Assembly (NCBI GenBank): GCA_963841435.1
Contig: CAWJCS010000003.1
Span: 1,248,001-1,312,000 of the forward strand
Reading direction: 5' to 3'
DNA: 64,000 nucleotides
Origin: an uncultured delta proteobacterium
Lineage (GTDB): Bacteria; Myxococcota_A; Polyangia; Polyangiales; Polyangiaceae
The translations under genes and the position numbers were made by a program. The notes beneath the pieces were generated by a model. The model was not told the DNA's origin and did not search any database. It worked only from the letters and a program-made list of their open reading frames with translations. Shown one piece after another: positions 33,040 to 46,370 of the stretch (its first letter is position 1; every line of letters starts with the position of its first letter).

Positions 33040-34293
33040 GTGCTCCCTTTGTTGCTCGCCTACATCACGGTTTGTGTCGCCTCGCTCGGACTCAAGTGGC
33101 TCAATCTGCGCTACGCCGAGCGCAAGGGCGACCGGGTACCACCCGAGCTCGCCTTCGTGGTGGACGCCGAGCGCCTGCGCCACATCGGAGCCTACACGCG
33201 CGATCGCGCCCGCTTCGGCATCGTCGGCGCGCTGCTGCGTGACGCGGCCATCGGCGTGTTCCTCTTCGGCGGTCCGCTCGGCACCTACGACCGCCTGACC
33301 TCCGGCCTGACGACCTCACCCGTGTCCGCGGGCGTGCTCTTTTTCGTCGGGCTATCGGCAGCGAGCGCCGTGCTCGGCATCCCCTTCGCTGCCTACTCGA
33401 GCTTCGTCATCGAGGCGCGCCATGGCTTCAACCGCACGTCCGCAGGCCTTTTCCTGGCGGACTGGCTCAAAAGCACGTTGCTCTCGCTCGTGTTCGTCGC
33501 GGGAATGTCGGCCGCGGCGCTTGGGCTCGTGATGCGCGCCCCCGAGCTCTGGTGGCTCTGGGCGTGGGCCGTCTTCGTTCTCGTGAGCGTGGTCCTCACG
33601 TACCTTTCGCCCTACCTGATCGAGCCGCTGTTCTTCAAAATGCGGCCGCTAGCGGTGGCGGGGCTCGAAACCGAGGTGCGCTCGCTCGCCGAAAAAGCGG
33701 GCGTGCACGTGAGTCGCGTGCTCGAGGTCGACGCCTCGCGACGCAGCTCGCACAGCAACGCGTACTTCACGGGCATTGGCCACGTGAAGCGTGTCGTGTT
33801 GTTCGACACGTTGCTCGGCCAGATGAACCACGCCGAGATCCTCGCCGTGCTCGCGCACGAGCTCGGCCATTGGAAGAAGAAGCACGTGCTGAGCCGCACG
33901 TTGCTGTCGTACGGCGTCGCGCTCGTCGCCTTCTACCTCGCGGCGCGGTTCGCGCCGGCGAGCTTCGTGCCCGAGCTGGTCGGGCTCGACGCTGCCTCGC
34001 TGCCGGCGCGCTGGCTCGTGCTCGCAACGCTCGGGTCGATCGTCACCTTTCCGCTCACTCCGCTCGCCTCGTACTGGTCGCGCCGTCACGAGTGGCAGGC
34101 CGACGAGTTCGCCACCGAGCTCCAGGGCCAGCCCGCCGCTCTCGCCAGCGCCCTCGCGAAGCTCGCCAGCGAGAACCTCTCGAACCTGCACCCCCACCCG
34201 CTCTACGCCGCCTACTACTACTCGCACCCGCCCATGGCGGAGAGGATCAAAAGGCTCGTGGGCGGCGCCACCGAGGGCCAAACGCCCGCGTAA
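33040..34293 (+). CDS. M48 family (Ste24-like) membrane zinc metalloprotease
   Basis: DASRRSSHSNAYFTG, VLFDTLL, VLAHELGH, SRRHEWQAD, YSHPP..ERI. Confidence 0.92.
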   Translation: MLPLLLAYITVCVASLGLKWLNLRYAERKGDRVPPELAFVVDAERLRHIGAYTRDRARFGIVGALLRDAAIGVFLFGGPLGTYDRLTSGLTTSPVSAGVLFFVGLSAASAVLGIPFAAYSSFVIEARHGFNRTSAGLFLADWLKSTLLSLVFVAGMSAAALGLVMRAPELWWLWAWAVFVLVSVVLTYLSPYLIEPLFFKMRPLAVAGLETEVRSLAEKAGVHVSRVLEVDASRRSSHSNAYFTGIGHVKRVVLFDTLLGQMNHAEILAVLAHELGHWKKKHVLSRTLLSYGVALVAFYLAARFAPASFVPELVGLDAASLPARWLVLATLGSIVTFPLTPLASYWSRRHEWQADEFATELQGQPAALASALAKLASENLSNLHPHPLYAAYYYSHPPMAERIKRLVGGATEGQTPA

Positions 34294-34388
34294 CGGGCAC
34301 CGCGTGCGGGGCGCGTGCGGGGGAGAAAAACCGCGGGGCTGCGCGGCACGACGGGCGTATGATGTTCGCTTCCTCGAAGGGTGGCCTC

Positions 34389-35363
34389 ATGCGCGTGGTC
34401 GGGCTCTCTGCTTTGATGGCGGTCCTCCTGACGCTGGCGAGCCCGTGCTGGGCGGCCGATCCCCTGGAGCTCGTCTACGTTCGAGGGCCCGGCGCCGAGG
34501 CCTGCCCGGGCGAGATGTCGCTGAGGCTCGCGGTGACGCACCGCCTCGGCTACGACCCGTTCCAGTCCGGGCCACGGCGCCGCGCGGTCGTGTTGTTGGA
34601 GGTCGACGGCGAGCGCCTGCTCGCGCGCTTCGACATGGTCGACGAGCTCGGTGTCTCGAGCGGCGCCAGAAGTCTCACCGGGACGACCGAGCTCTGCGCC
34701 GAGCTCGTCCGCGCGCTGGCCCTCTCGATCAGTATCGCGATCGACGCCGACCGGAACGAGGCCGTCAGCGACGAGCCACCGAGTGCCTGGCGCTTCGCGC
34801 GCTCCGACACGGCCGCCGAGCACGATGCGGGCTCTTCTGCCGGTGGGCTTGCCCTCGATCGAGACGCGATGCCGCGCTTTTCGTTCCGCTTGGGTCTCGG
34901 GGGCCAAGCGGCGGTCGGGGTCGCGCCAGGAGTGGCGTGGGGCGCGCTGGTCTCGGGGTCGGTGCGCCACACCTGGTATTCCGTGGGCGTAGAGCTTCGG
35001 GCGGACGCGCCGACTTCCGAGGCGATCACCGGGGGCGGGGAATTTTCGTCGCGCCTGCTCGCCGGTACGGTGGCACCCTGCCTGCACCTCAACGTCGCGA
35101 TGGCGTGCGCCCTCGGATCGGTCGGGGCCGTACGAGCCGCGTCGCATGGGATTGCCCAACCACGGAGCGACAGCGGGCTCTACGCCGCCCTGGGCCTCCG
35201 TGCCGGCGCCGAGTGGCAGCTAGGAGCGGTGGCCCTGCAGGCCAACATCGACGCGCGGAAACCGCTCAAGGTGCTCCACATCGCCGTCGACGACCATTCC
35301 GTCTGGACCTCCCCACCACTGTCGTTCGCAGGCGGCGGCAGCGTCCTCTGGCAGTTCCTGTGA
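34389..35363 (+). CDS. Exported protein with probable C-terminal beta-barrel, associated with an ECF module
   Basis: Signal peptide; YVRGPGAEACP...RLGYDPF N-domain; alternating beta-strand C-terminus; stop abuts the sigma gene. Confidence 0.6.
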   Translation: MRVVGLSALMAVLLTLASPCWAADPLELVYVRGPGAEACPGEMSLRLAVTHRLGYDPFQSGPRRRAVVLLEVDGERLLARFDMVDELGVSSGARSLTGTTELCAELVRALALSISIAIDADRNEAVSDEPPSAWRFARSDTAAEHDAGSSAGGLALDRDAMPRFSFRLGLGGQAAVGVAPGVAWGALVSGSVRHTWYSVGVELRADAPTSEAITGGGEFSSRLLAGTVAPCLHLNVAMACALGSVGAVRAASHGIAQPRSDSGLYAALGLRAGAEWQLGAVALQANIDARKPLKVLHIAVDDHSVWTSPPLSFAGGGSVLWQFL

Positions 35364-35390
35364 TGGAAGCCCCGCCCGTCAACCAAGTCT
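35360..35390 (+). promoter_or_regulatory. Candidate ECF promoter, copy 1 (before the sigma gene)
   Basis: GTGATGGAAGC-N13-CAAGTCT; near-identical motif at 36772. Confidence 0.5.
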
Positions 35391-35395
35391 TTGTC

Positions 35396-35990
35396 GTGCA
35401 GCCGGCGGAGACCATCGAGGGTGTCATGGGGGCGGCCCCCGAGGCACCGACTGCGAACGAGGTCGTCCCGCGCGTGCCTGCGCCGGGCGAGTTTCGCGCG
35501 CTGTTCGAGCTCTACTTCCGGTACGTGTGGCACACCCTCGCGCGGCTCGGGGTGCCCGCGCGCGACCTCGAGGACGTGACGCACGACGTATTCCTCGAAA
35601 TCCACCGCCACCTGTCCGAGTTCGACCCTACTCGTAGCTTGCGCCCGTGGATTTTCGCGTTCGCCTTCCGGGTGGGGTCGCACTACCGGCGACGAGCGCG
35701 GCATCGGTACGAAACGCTCGGGGACGCCGAGGCTTTCGACGGCGCTCCGTCTGCGCTCGAGCGCGTGCTGACATCGGAGACGCTCGAAGTTGCCCATGCG
35801 GCGCTCGGCGCCATCGAGGTGGAGCGGCGCGCCGTGCTTCTCCTGCACGACGTTCAACGGGTGCTCGATGCCGGAGGTGGCAGAGGCCCTCGGCGTACCA
35901 CTCAACACCGCGTACTCGCGCCTGCGGCTCGCCCGGAAGGAATTTCGGGAACGCGTGGCCCGGCTGCGGCTCCGCCGGGGGGATCCGTGA
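35396..35990 (+). CDS. ECF RNA polymerase sigma factor (start 35363, 35396 or 35426; +1 frameshift near 35855)
   Basis: YVWHTLARLGV..DLEDVTHDVFL..FDP.RSLRPWIF (region 2); MPEVAEALGVPLNTAYSRLRLAR (region 4) in the next frame. Confidence 0.88.
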
Positions 35991-36775
35991 CGCCCGAGGT
36001 CGAAGGCTTGCCCGAGCTCGGCGCGCTACGCGACGAGTGCGCCCGATCGCCGGACGGTGCCACGGCGGATCGCGTGTTCGCTCGGCTCCGCACACACCTC
36101 GTCGCAGCCGCTGTTGCTCCGGAGCCCCGCCCGCAGACGCTCACCGACCAGCGACCGGCAAACACTCCCGAGGTGCTCCGTCCGACGAGTGGCCTCGCGG
36201 GGATCCTCCTCAGAGGCCCGACGCTGGCACTTTCCGCAGCGTTCTTGCTGGGGGGTGCAACTGGGGTCGCTTTGCACGCCGCGCTCGCACGAAGCTCTGC
36301 TCCGCGCGTCGTCTACGCCGACCGGCCGTCGCCCGGCTCCAGGATGCGATCCGAGCCCATGCTCGAAAACCAACCATCGCCCCGCCCTCCCGGCCTCCGT
36401 GGCGCGTTGCCGACCCCGATCCCGTCGGTAGAGGCAACCCCGCCGCCGGCGCGTGCACGCCGTCCACGGCCGGCCGTGGCGGCAGCTCGGAAAGTTGCGG
36501 GGTCGTCGCTTGCCGAAGAGCAGGTCGTGCTCGATCGAGCGCGGGCGGCGCTCGGCAGCGAAGACTTCGGCTCCGCGCTGCAGCTGACCCGTGTGCACGC
36601 CGCACAATTCGGCGCGAGCGTCCTCGAGGAGGAACGCGAGGCGATCGCCATCAAAGCGCTCGCCGGGGCACACCAGGACGCTGTCGCTCGAGCCCGGCTC
36701 GAGCAGTTCGAGCAGCGCTTTCCGCGCAGCCCGTCCCTGGCGTCGCTTCGACGCGCGGTCACGAAGATCCCGTGA
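35987..36775 (+). CDS. Putative anti-sigma factor (single TM, Pro-rich linker, C-terminal TPR-like helices)
   Basis: GTGA overlap with the sigma stop; TM ALSAAFLLGGATGVAL; SLAEEQVVLDRARAAL...EEREAIAIKAL...FEQRFPRS. Confidence 0.7.
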   Translation: MTPEVEGLPELGALRDECARSPDGATADRVFARLRTHLVAAAVAPEPRPQTLTDQRPANTPEVLRPTSGLAGILLRGPTLALSAAFLLGGATGVALHAALARSSAPRVVYADRPSPGSRMRSEPMLENQPSPRPPGLRGALPTPIPSVEATPPPARARRPRPAVAAARKVAGSSLAEEQVVLDRARAALGSEDFGSALQLTRVHAAQFGASVLEEEREAIAIKALAGAHQDAVARARLEQFEQRFPRSPSLASLRRAVTKIP

Positions 36776-36801
36776 CGGAAGCGGGCCGCGCCCGGCAATC
36801 T
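36772..36801 (+). promoter_or_regulatory. Candidate ECF promoter, copy 2 (before the lipoprotein gene)
   Basis: GTGACGGAAGC-N13-CAATCT, 6 nt before GTG 36808. Confidence 0.5.
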
Positions 36802-36807
36802 CAAGGT

Positions 36808-37611
36808 GTGACCAACACGGGCGTAACACGAGGTAGACCGATTTTCGGCGCGGGGCTCGCGGCAGCCGCGCTGCTCTTCACCGGCTGTGGCGACGACACC
36901 CTGGATGCCGGTTCGACGCGCGATGCGGGCGCTCAGGCCGAGCCGCCGAGCGGCGCCGCCCTTCCCGAATGGCCCGATGCCGCCGCCTGTGCGGCTTCGT
37001 CCGATTCGGACCTGGTAGGCCTGTGGGAGGGAGCGGTCCAGTCGGCCACGTTCGAGCGCCTCGCTAGGCTACGCGTCGAGGTTCTCGGCGCGAGCGAAAC
37101 CGGAGGTGTGTGCGGCACCGTGCACTTCGGCGAGGACGCCCCGCCGCTACCCGCGGCGACGGATCCGAACGAGCACTTTCCCGAAAGCTACCCGCCTGGC
37201 TGGGAAGGGTTCTACGACGGGGTCGCCTACACGATCCTCGAAGGCGCGATGCAGCGTGATCGCATCCACTTCGTCGTGTCGCGAGCCGAGCTCTTCAAGG
37301 GGTGGTGCGAGCTCCACGAGAGCTACTACGTCGGCCATTCGGAATGGTTCTGCATCCCCACGCGTAGTTACATGGCGGTCAGCGAAACGGTGTGTCGCTA
37401 CGTCGATCTTCGCAACGGGAGCACGCACAACGTCGACTTCGAACAGTGCAACGCCTGCATGGGGGGCACGTGCGCCTGCAACGACGAGGGCTGCACGGCC
37501 ACGGGCGACCCCAACGAGCGCCTCACCTTCGACCTGCAGCGTGAAGGCGACGAGATCCTCGGCAACCTCGACCCGCGGGACGACACGGTGCTCCTCGACC
37601 GGCAAAAGTAG
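36808..37611 (+). CDS. Cys-rich hypothetical lipoprotein
   Basis: Lipobox LLFTG-C; CNACMGGTCACNDEGC cluster. Confidence 0.6.
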   Translation: MTNTGVTRGRPIFGAGLAAAALLFTGCGDDTLDAGSTRDAGAQAEPPSGAALPEWPDAAACAASSDSDLVGLWEGAVQSATFERLARLRVEVLGASETGGVCGTVHFGEDAPPLPAATDPNEHFPESYPPGWEGFYDGVAYTILEGAMQRDRIHFVVSRAELFKGWCELHESYYVGHSEWFCIPTRSYMAVSETVCRYVDLRNGSTHNVDFEQCNACMGGTCACNDEGCTATGDPNERLTFDLQREGDEILGNLDPRDDTVLLDRQK

Positions 37612-37723
37612 CCACTCGGGCGCACACGCCCTCGGCGGACGCCGCTCGGGCGGACTGGGTTGACGGGCCGTGGCGTGAGGCGGCCGACGGCCCCGCCGAG
37701 CGCGCTTCACGGCCGCCGAAGGG

Positions 37724-38047
37724 CTACTTCTTGCCCGGCGGCTTCTTGCCGCCTGGGGGGCCGCTCGGCGTGCCGCCGCCCTTCTTGTCGCCGGCATGGC
37801 CGTGGAAGGTGCGCGTCGGCGCGAACTCGCCGAGCTTGTGGCCGACCATGTTCTCGCTGACGAACACCGGCACGAACTTGCGACCGTTGTGGACGGCGAA
37901 AGTAAGGCCGACGGCCTCCGGGAAGATGGTCGAACGGCGTGACCAGGTTTTGATCACCTTCTTGGCGGCGCCCTGGCTATGCGCCTCTTCGATCTTCTTC
38001 AACAGATGCCCGTCGATGAACGGACCCTTTTTGATACTGCGTGCCAT
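37724..38047 (-). CDS. rpsS: 30S ribosomal protein S19 with Gly/Pro/Lys tail
   Basis: [36 protein letters not shown]. Confidence 0.97.
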   Translation of the reverse strand: MARSIKKGPFIDGHLLKKIEEAHSQGAAKKVIKTWSRRSTIFPEAVGLTFAVHNGRKFVPVFVSENMVGHKLGEFAPTRTFHGHAGDKKGGGTPSGPPGGKKPPGKK

Positions 38048-38075
38048 CGAAAATCCTTCGAGCGCGAGCTGACGC

Positions 38076-38906
38076 TCAGCCCTTCGCCTTGCGGTGCTTG
38101 ATGATCATGCCGTCGGTCCGCTTGTTGTTACGGGTCTTGAGACCCTTGGAGAGTACGCCCCAGGGAGAGCAAGGATGGCGTCCGCCGCTCGTGCGGCCTT
38201 CACCACCGCCCATCGGGTGGTCCACCGGGTTCATCGTGACGCCGCGGTTGTGCGGACGGCGACCCAGCCAGCGGCTGCGACCCGCCTTGCCGAGACTGAT
38301 GTTCTGGTGCTCGAGGTTCGAGACCTGGCCCACCGTCGCCCGGCAGAGAATGTGCACCTTTCGCACCTCACCGCTCGGGAGCTTCACCTGGGCGTAGTCA
38401 CCGTCCTTCGCCATGAGCTGGGCGGCGCCGCCCGCGGAGCGCACGAGTTGTCCGCCGCGCCCACGCTTCATCTCGATGTTGTGGATCATCGTGCCGGCCG
38501 GGATCTCCCCGACGGGCATGCAATTGCCCGGCTGGATGTCAGCGTGCTTGCTCGACACGACGCTGTCGCCCTGCTTGAGACCGTCGGGCGCCAGGATGTA
38601 GCGCTTGTCGCCGTCCGCATAGAAGAGCAGCGCGATACGCGCCGTTCGGTTCGGATCGTACTCGATCTGCGCCACCTTGGCGGGCACGCCGACTTTGTCG
38701 CGACGAAAGTCGATCACGCGGTAGCGGCGCTTGTGCCCGCCGCCGCGGAAACGCGACGTGATGCGGCCGTAGTGGTTGCGGCCGCCGGTCGAAGGCTTCG
38801 CCTCGCAGAGCTTTCTGTGCGGCACGTCGGTCGTGATGCCGGCAAAATCGGACACTTCGTAGAAGCGACGGCCGGGGGAGGTCGGTTTGGAAGCTCGGAT
38901 GCCCAT
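38076..38906 (-). CDS. rplB: 50S ribosomal protein L2
   Basis: [30 protein letters not shown]. Confidence 0.98.
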   Translation of the reverse strand: MGIRASKPTSPGRRFYEVSDFAGITTDVPHRKLCEAKPSTGGRNHYGRITSRFRGGGHKRRYRVIDFRRDKVGVPAKVAQIEYDPNRTARIALLFYADGDKRYILAPDGLKQGDSVVSSKHADIQPGNCMPVGEIPAGTMIHNIEMKRGRGGQLVRSAGGAAQLMAKDGDYAQVKLPSGEVRKVHILCRATVGQVSNLEHQNISLGKAGRSRWLGRRPHNRGVTMNPVDHPMGGGEGRTSGGRHPCSPWGVLSKGLKTRNNKRTDGMIIKHRKAKG

Positions 38907-38908
38907 GG

Positions 38909-39202
38909 TTACTCCTTCGACTCGTCGAAGAACTGGATGTCACTTCCCTCGGCCAGCGTCACCACCGCCTTCTTCCAGTTCGGGCGCTTGCCAGCCAGGC
39001 GCCCCAGGCGGCGCGGCTTGCCGCGCTGCACGAGGGTATTCACGTTTTGAACCTTGACGGCGAAGAGCGACTCGACGGCGCTCTTGATCTGGATCTTGTT
39101 CGCGTCCATCGCGACTTCGAACACGACCTGATTGCCTTCCTTGAGTCGCGCCGCCTTCTCGGTGAGCGCAATGGGGCGCTTGATGACTTCGGCGTTCTTC
39201 AT
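38909..39202 (-). CDS. rplW: 50S ribosomal protein L23
   Basis: [28 protein letters not shown]. Confidence 0.96.
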   Translation of the reverse strand: MKNAEVIKRPIALTEKAARLKEGNQVVFEVAMDANKIQIKSAVESLFAVKVQNVNTLVQRGKPRRLGRLAGKRPNWKKAVVTLAEGSDIQFFDESKE

Positions 39203-39834
39203 GACTTCTGCTCCAGACAGCGCGCCTCGAGCGCCTTGGCGGCGTTCTTGGAAACGACGAGGTGGTCGTGCCGCAAGAGGTCGTAGACGTTGACGCCTTC
39301 GGGCGGCAAAAACCGGCTGTGCTCGAGGTTGCGCATCGAGAGCCGGAGGTTCTCGTTCGACTTGTCGTCGACGAGGAGCGCCCCGGTCGGCGTCTTCAGC
39401 GTGTTCAGCACGCCGACGAGCTTCTTGGTCTTGATCTCGCCGAGATCGATGTTCTCGACGACGAGCACGCGCCCTTCCTTGAGCAGCAGGCTGAGCGCAC
39501 TCTTGAGCGCGCCCACACGCACCCGCCGCGGGGGGCGATACGAGAAATCCTGCGGCTTGGGGGGGTGAGCACGACCTCCACCCACGAAGATCGGCGCGCG
39601 AACCGAGCCGTGCCGCGCGCGGCCCGTGCCCTTCTGCTTGAAGATCTTCTTGCTGGAGCCCGACACCGCGGAGCGTTCCTTGGCGGCCTTCGTTCCAGCG
39701 CGGTGGGAAGCGAGCTGCGCGACGACGACCTCGTGGAGCAGGTGCTCCTTGACCTCGGCACCGAATACCTCGTCGGAGAGATCGACCTCACCGACCTTTT
39801 GGCGCTTCAAGTTGTAAACGTTGACTTTGGCCAT
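39199..39834 (-). CDS. rplD: 50S ribosomal protein L4
   Basis: [22 protein letters not shown] 39834 with GAGG SD. Confidence 0.96.
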   Translation of the reverse strand: MAKVNVYNLKRQKVGEVDLSDEVFGAEVKEHLLHEVVVAQLASHRAGTKAAKERSAVSGSSKKIFKQKGTGRARHGSVRAPIFVGGGRAHPPKPQDFSYRPPRRVRVGALKSALSLLLKEGRVLVVENIDLGEIKTKKLVGVLNTLKTPTGALLVDDKSNENLRLSMRNLEHSRFLPPEGVNVYDLLRHDHLVVSKNAAKALEARCLEQKS

Positions 39835-39841
39835 GGTGTCC

Positions 39842-40153
39842 TCAGCTCTTGATTTCGACGTCGACACCCGCTGAAAGGTCGAGCTTCATGAGCGCGTCCA
39901 GGGTCTGCGGCGTGGGCTCGAGAATGTCGATCAGGCGCTTGTGCGTGCGCACTTCGAACTGCTCTCGTGATTTCTTGTCAACGTGCGGGCCACGCAGCAC
40001 CGTGTAGCGGCGAATGGCCGTGGGTAGCGGCACGGGCCCCGCGACGCGCGCGCCCGTGCGTCGCGCCGTCTCGACGATGTCCGTGGTGGACTTGTCGAGC
40101 AGCTGGTGATCGAAAGCCTTGAGTCGAATTCTGATTTTCGTTGCGTCAGCCAT
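39842..40153 (-). CDS. rpsJ: 30S ribosomal protein S10
   Basis: [29 protein letters not shown]. Confidence 0.98.
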   Translation of the reverse strand: MADATKIRIRLKAFDHQLLDKSTTDIVETARRTGARVAGPVPLPTAIRRYTVLRGPHVDKKSREQFEVRTHKRLIDILEPTPQTLDALMKLDLSAGVDVEIKS

Positions 40154-40334
40154 TAGTAGGCTCTCCGGATGGAAACGAGCGGGGTTGAGGCCCCGCGAGG
40201 GGCGTCGGGGCGGAGCCCCGACCGAAAGCTACTGGCGAGGCCTGCGCACCCTGCCTTCGACGAGCGAAGGTCGCGGGGCGCGCCCGGTCGATCCGAGAAA
40301 GTAAGGGAATGCATCGGCCTCTTCGGTCCTGGGA

Positions 40335-41525
<1,191 letters not shown>

Positions 41526-41596
41526 GGTCTTGATTCCCTCGTTCTACTGGGTGGTTCTGCGAGCTACTGGGGGGATCCCAGTCGCAAAATGGCGCA

Positions 41597-43720
<2,124 letters not shown>

Positions 43721-44013
43721 GGCGCGGCTCCCCAAAGAGGTGACCGCAGGCGCCGCTGAACGCAGCCGATCGCTCCGGGGGAAAGCCCGGGCTCGTTGCG
43801 GCTAGCGGTCGGTCACGGAACGTCATCTCTTTTTCCAGACTCTTCACGTACGAAACCCCCTCCGGACCCTGGCTCCCACCATCGGGGAGCGCTTTCGTTT
43901 CCGGAAGGGGCGTCGGGGTGCGGTGGCCGCCTGGTGAGGCGGGGCGCCCTTGCGAGGGCACCTTCACGCAACCCGTCCCTATGTCGTCTTCGTCATACGG
44001 TCGCTCGGATCTC

Positions 44014-44484
44014 CTACCAGCGGTAATGGGCGAAGGCCTTGTTGGCCTCGGCCATCTTGTGCGTATCGTCCTTCTTTTTCACGGCGTTGCCGCGCAGCTG
44101 CGAGGCGTCGACCAGCTCGGCGGCGAGGCGCTCACGCATGGTCTTTTCACCGCGATCGCGCGAATAGGCGACGAGCCAGCGCATGCCGAGGGCGACGCGG
44201 CGCTCGGGTCGGACCTCGACGGGGACCTGGTAGGTCGCGCCGCCGACGCGTCGGCTCTTGACCTCGAGCTTCGGCTTCACGTTGTCGAGCGCCTTGCGGA
44301 AGATCTCGAGCGGGTCCTCCTTGTGGCGGGCCTGGATGACATCGAACGCACCGTAGAGGATGCCTTCGGCGACCGACTTCTTGCCGCCGAGCATGAGGCA
44401 GTTCGTGAACTTCGTGACGAGCTTGTCCTTGAACTTCGGGTCCGGAATGATTTTGCGCTTGGGTACGTCTCGACGGCGGGGCAT
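44014..44484 (-). CDS. rpsG: 30S ribosomal protein S7
   Basis: [27 protein letters not shown]. Confidence 0.98.
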   Translation of the reverse strand: MPRRRDVPKRKIIPDPKFKDKLVTKFTNCLMLGGKKSVAEGILYGAFDVIQARHKEDPLEIFRKALDNVKPKLEVKSRRVGGATYQVPVEVRPERRVALGMRWLVAYSRDRGEKTMRERLAAELVDASQLRGNAVKKKDDTHKMAEANKAFAHYRW

Positions 44485-44496
44485 CGGCTTCTCCGT

Positions 44497-44895
44497 TTAT
44501 TGCTTGGGCCGCTTGACGCCGTACTTCGACCGGCTGCGATTGCGGTTGGCCTTGTTCGTGCTGCTCGGACCGATGGCACCGGACGCGTCGAGCGTGCCGC
44601 GAACCACGTGGTAGCGAACTCCCGGCAGATCCTTCACACGACCCCCACGGATGAGCACCACGCTGTGCTCCTGCAGGTTGTGCCCTTCACCTGGGATGTA
44701 GGTGATGACTTCCATGCTGTTGGTGAGCCGCACGCGGCACACCTTGCGCAGAGCCGAGTTCGGCTTCTTCGGAGTCACCGTGTAAACGCGAAGGCAGACG
44801 CCGCGCTTCTGCGGGCAATCGCGCAGCGCGGGTGACGCGGTGCGGGTCCCGATGGCGTGGCGACCGCGACGGATGAGCTGCTGGATCGTGGGCAT
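44497..44895 (-). CDS. rpsL: 30S ribosomal protein S12
   Basis: [33 protein letters not shown]. Confidence 0.98.
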   Translation of the reverse strand: MPTIQQLIRRGRHAIGTRTASPALRDCPQKRGVCLRVYTVTPKKPNSALRKVCRVRLTNSMEVITYIPGEGHNLQEHSVVLIRGGRVKDLPGVRYHVVRGTLDASGAIGPSSTNKANRNRSRSKYGVKRPKQ

Positions 44896-44926
44896 GAATT
44901 GGGGTGCCGGCTTTTGAGGGACCGGG

Positions 44927-44954
44927 AGGGTAGCCGGGGAGGGTTTCCTGTCAA
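44927..44954 (-). promoter_or_regulatory. sigma70 promoter of the rpsL (str) operon
   Basis: Minus strand TTGACA-N16-TACCCT, 31 nt before the rpsL ATG. Confidence 0.72.
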
Positions 44955-45044
44955 GCTCGCCGGAGGACCCCCCTCGTTGAGCGTGGGAAGGCGGCGGGCC
45001 GGCCCTGGGGTCCGGTCGCCGGGCGGGGTAGGGTCGAAGGGACA

Positions 45045-46370
45045 GTGCCCCATCGCGAGCTCAATTTCGACGGTCTCGTCGGGCCGAGCCACCACCATGC
45101 GGGCTTGAGCCCAGGCAATCTCGCTAGCGAGCAGCACCGCGGGGAAGTCGGGAACCCGCGGGCCGCTGCCCTGCAGGGGCTCCAGAAGATGCGCCTGCTC
45201 GCGGACCTCGGCGTCGGCCAGGCGGTGCTCCCTCCTCAACCACGGCCCGACCTCGGGTTCCTGCGACGCTTGGGGTTCGGCGGGGACGAGGGCGCGGCCC
45301 TCGGGCGGGCGCGGCGGGAGGCGCCCGAGCTGCTGTCGGCGGCTTGGAGCGCCAGCGCGATGTGGGCGGCAAACGCCGCCACCGTCGCCCCCTCGTGCGA
45401 CGCGCTCGACGGGCGCGTCCACCTCGTCCCCGCGAACCTCTGCGCCATGCTCCACCGTGGCATCGAGCCCGTCTACACGCGGCGCGCGCTCCTTGGGATC
45501 TTCCCCGATCCCGAGCGCTTCGTCGTGCACGAACCGCTGCCCGCGAGCGACGTGCTCGGCGACGAGGGCGCCGCGAACCACCTGGCGCTCCGAACGAAGG
45601 ACGCCACCGTGCACCTTTTCGGCTGGGGTCGCGCGCACGACGCTGACGAGCGGCCGCGGCGCTATCCCGCGCGCCAGACGCGCGAAGCGAGCGAGGCCGT
45701 GGCGCGACTGCTCGCGCTCGAGCCGCAGACGGCGCTCTTCTGGCAGCAGTCGCCGGAGGGCATCGACGCCGGCGCATTTCACAGCGACGTGCTCGCCGTC
45801 GGAAACCAGTCGTTTCTGATGCTGCACGAAGCGGCATTCCTCGAGAGCGAGCGCCTGCTCGAAACGCTGGAGCAGCGCCTCGGCCCGGGGTTTTCGTACT
45901 GCCTGGCGAGCGCGAGCGAGCTTCCTCTTCGTGACGCGATCGCTGCGTACCCGTACAACTCCCAGGTCGTGACGCTGCCGACGGGGTCGATGGCGATCGT
46001 GGCACCGCGCGAGGCCGAACGCTCGGCGACGGCGCGGCGCTTTCTCGAGCGCGTGGTCGCGGGCGACAACCCCGTGACGGCGCTCCACTACGTTGACGTG
46101 AACGATTCGATGCTAAACGGCGGCGGGCCGGCATGCCTCAGGGTGCGTGTCGCGCTCGAAAGCGCCGAGCAAGCGGCGCTCGGCGGCCGGGTGCTCTTCG
46201 ACGACGAGCTCGAGGCGAAGCTCAGAGCGTGCATCGAATCGCGCTATCGAGACCGGGTGACGCTCGACGACCTTGCGGACCCGAGCTTCGTCGAGGAGTG
46301 CCGCGCCGCGCTCGACGACGTGACGCAACTCCTCGAGCTCGGCTCGCTCTACGACTTTCAGCGAGCCTGA
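45045..46370 (+). CDS. astB: N-succinylarginine dihydrolase
   Basis: [61 protein letters not shown]. Confidence 0.93.
   Translation: MPHRELNFDGLVGPSHHHAGLSPGNLASEQHRGEVGNPRAAALQGLQKMRLLADLGVGQAVLPPQPRPDLGFLRRLGFGGDEGAALGRARREAPELLSAAWSASAMWAANAATVAPSCDALDGRVHLVPANLCAMLHRGIEPVYTRRALLGIFPDPERFVVHEPLPASDVLGDEGAANHLALRTKDATVHLFGWGRAHDADERPRRYPARQTREASEAVARLLALEPQTALFWQQSPEGIDAGAFHSDVLAVGNQSFLMLHEAAFLESERLLETLEQRLGPGFSYCLASASELPLRDAIAAYPYNSQVVTLPTGSMAIVAPREAERSATARRFLERVVAGDNPVTALHYVDVNDSMLNGGGPACLRVRVALESAEQAALGGRVLFDDELEAKLRACIESRYRDRVTLDDLADPSFVEECRAALDDVTQLLELGSLYDFQRA

Noticed and set aside
34304-36775. 823-aa sigma/anti-sigma fusion
   Set aside because: Produced by a +1 frameshift near 35855; sigma region 4 and its stop lie in another frame.
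28009-37723. Prophage, ICE or transposon as the cause of the operon split
   Set aside because: No integrase, transposase, phage gene, tRNA target or terminal repeat seen.
40154-40334. tRNA next to tuf
   Set aside because: No cloverleaf with proper D and T arms found.
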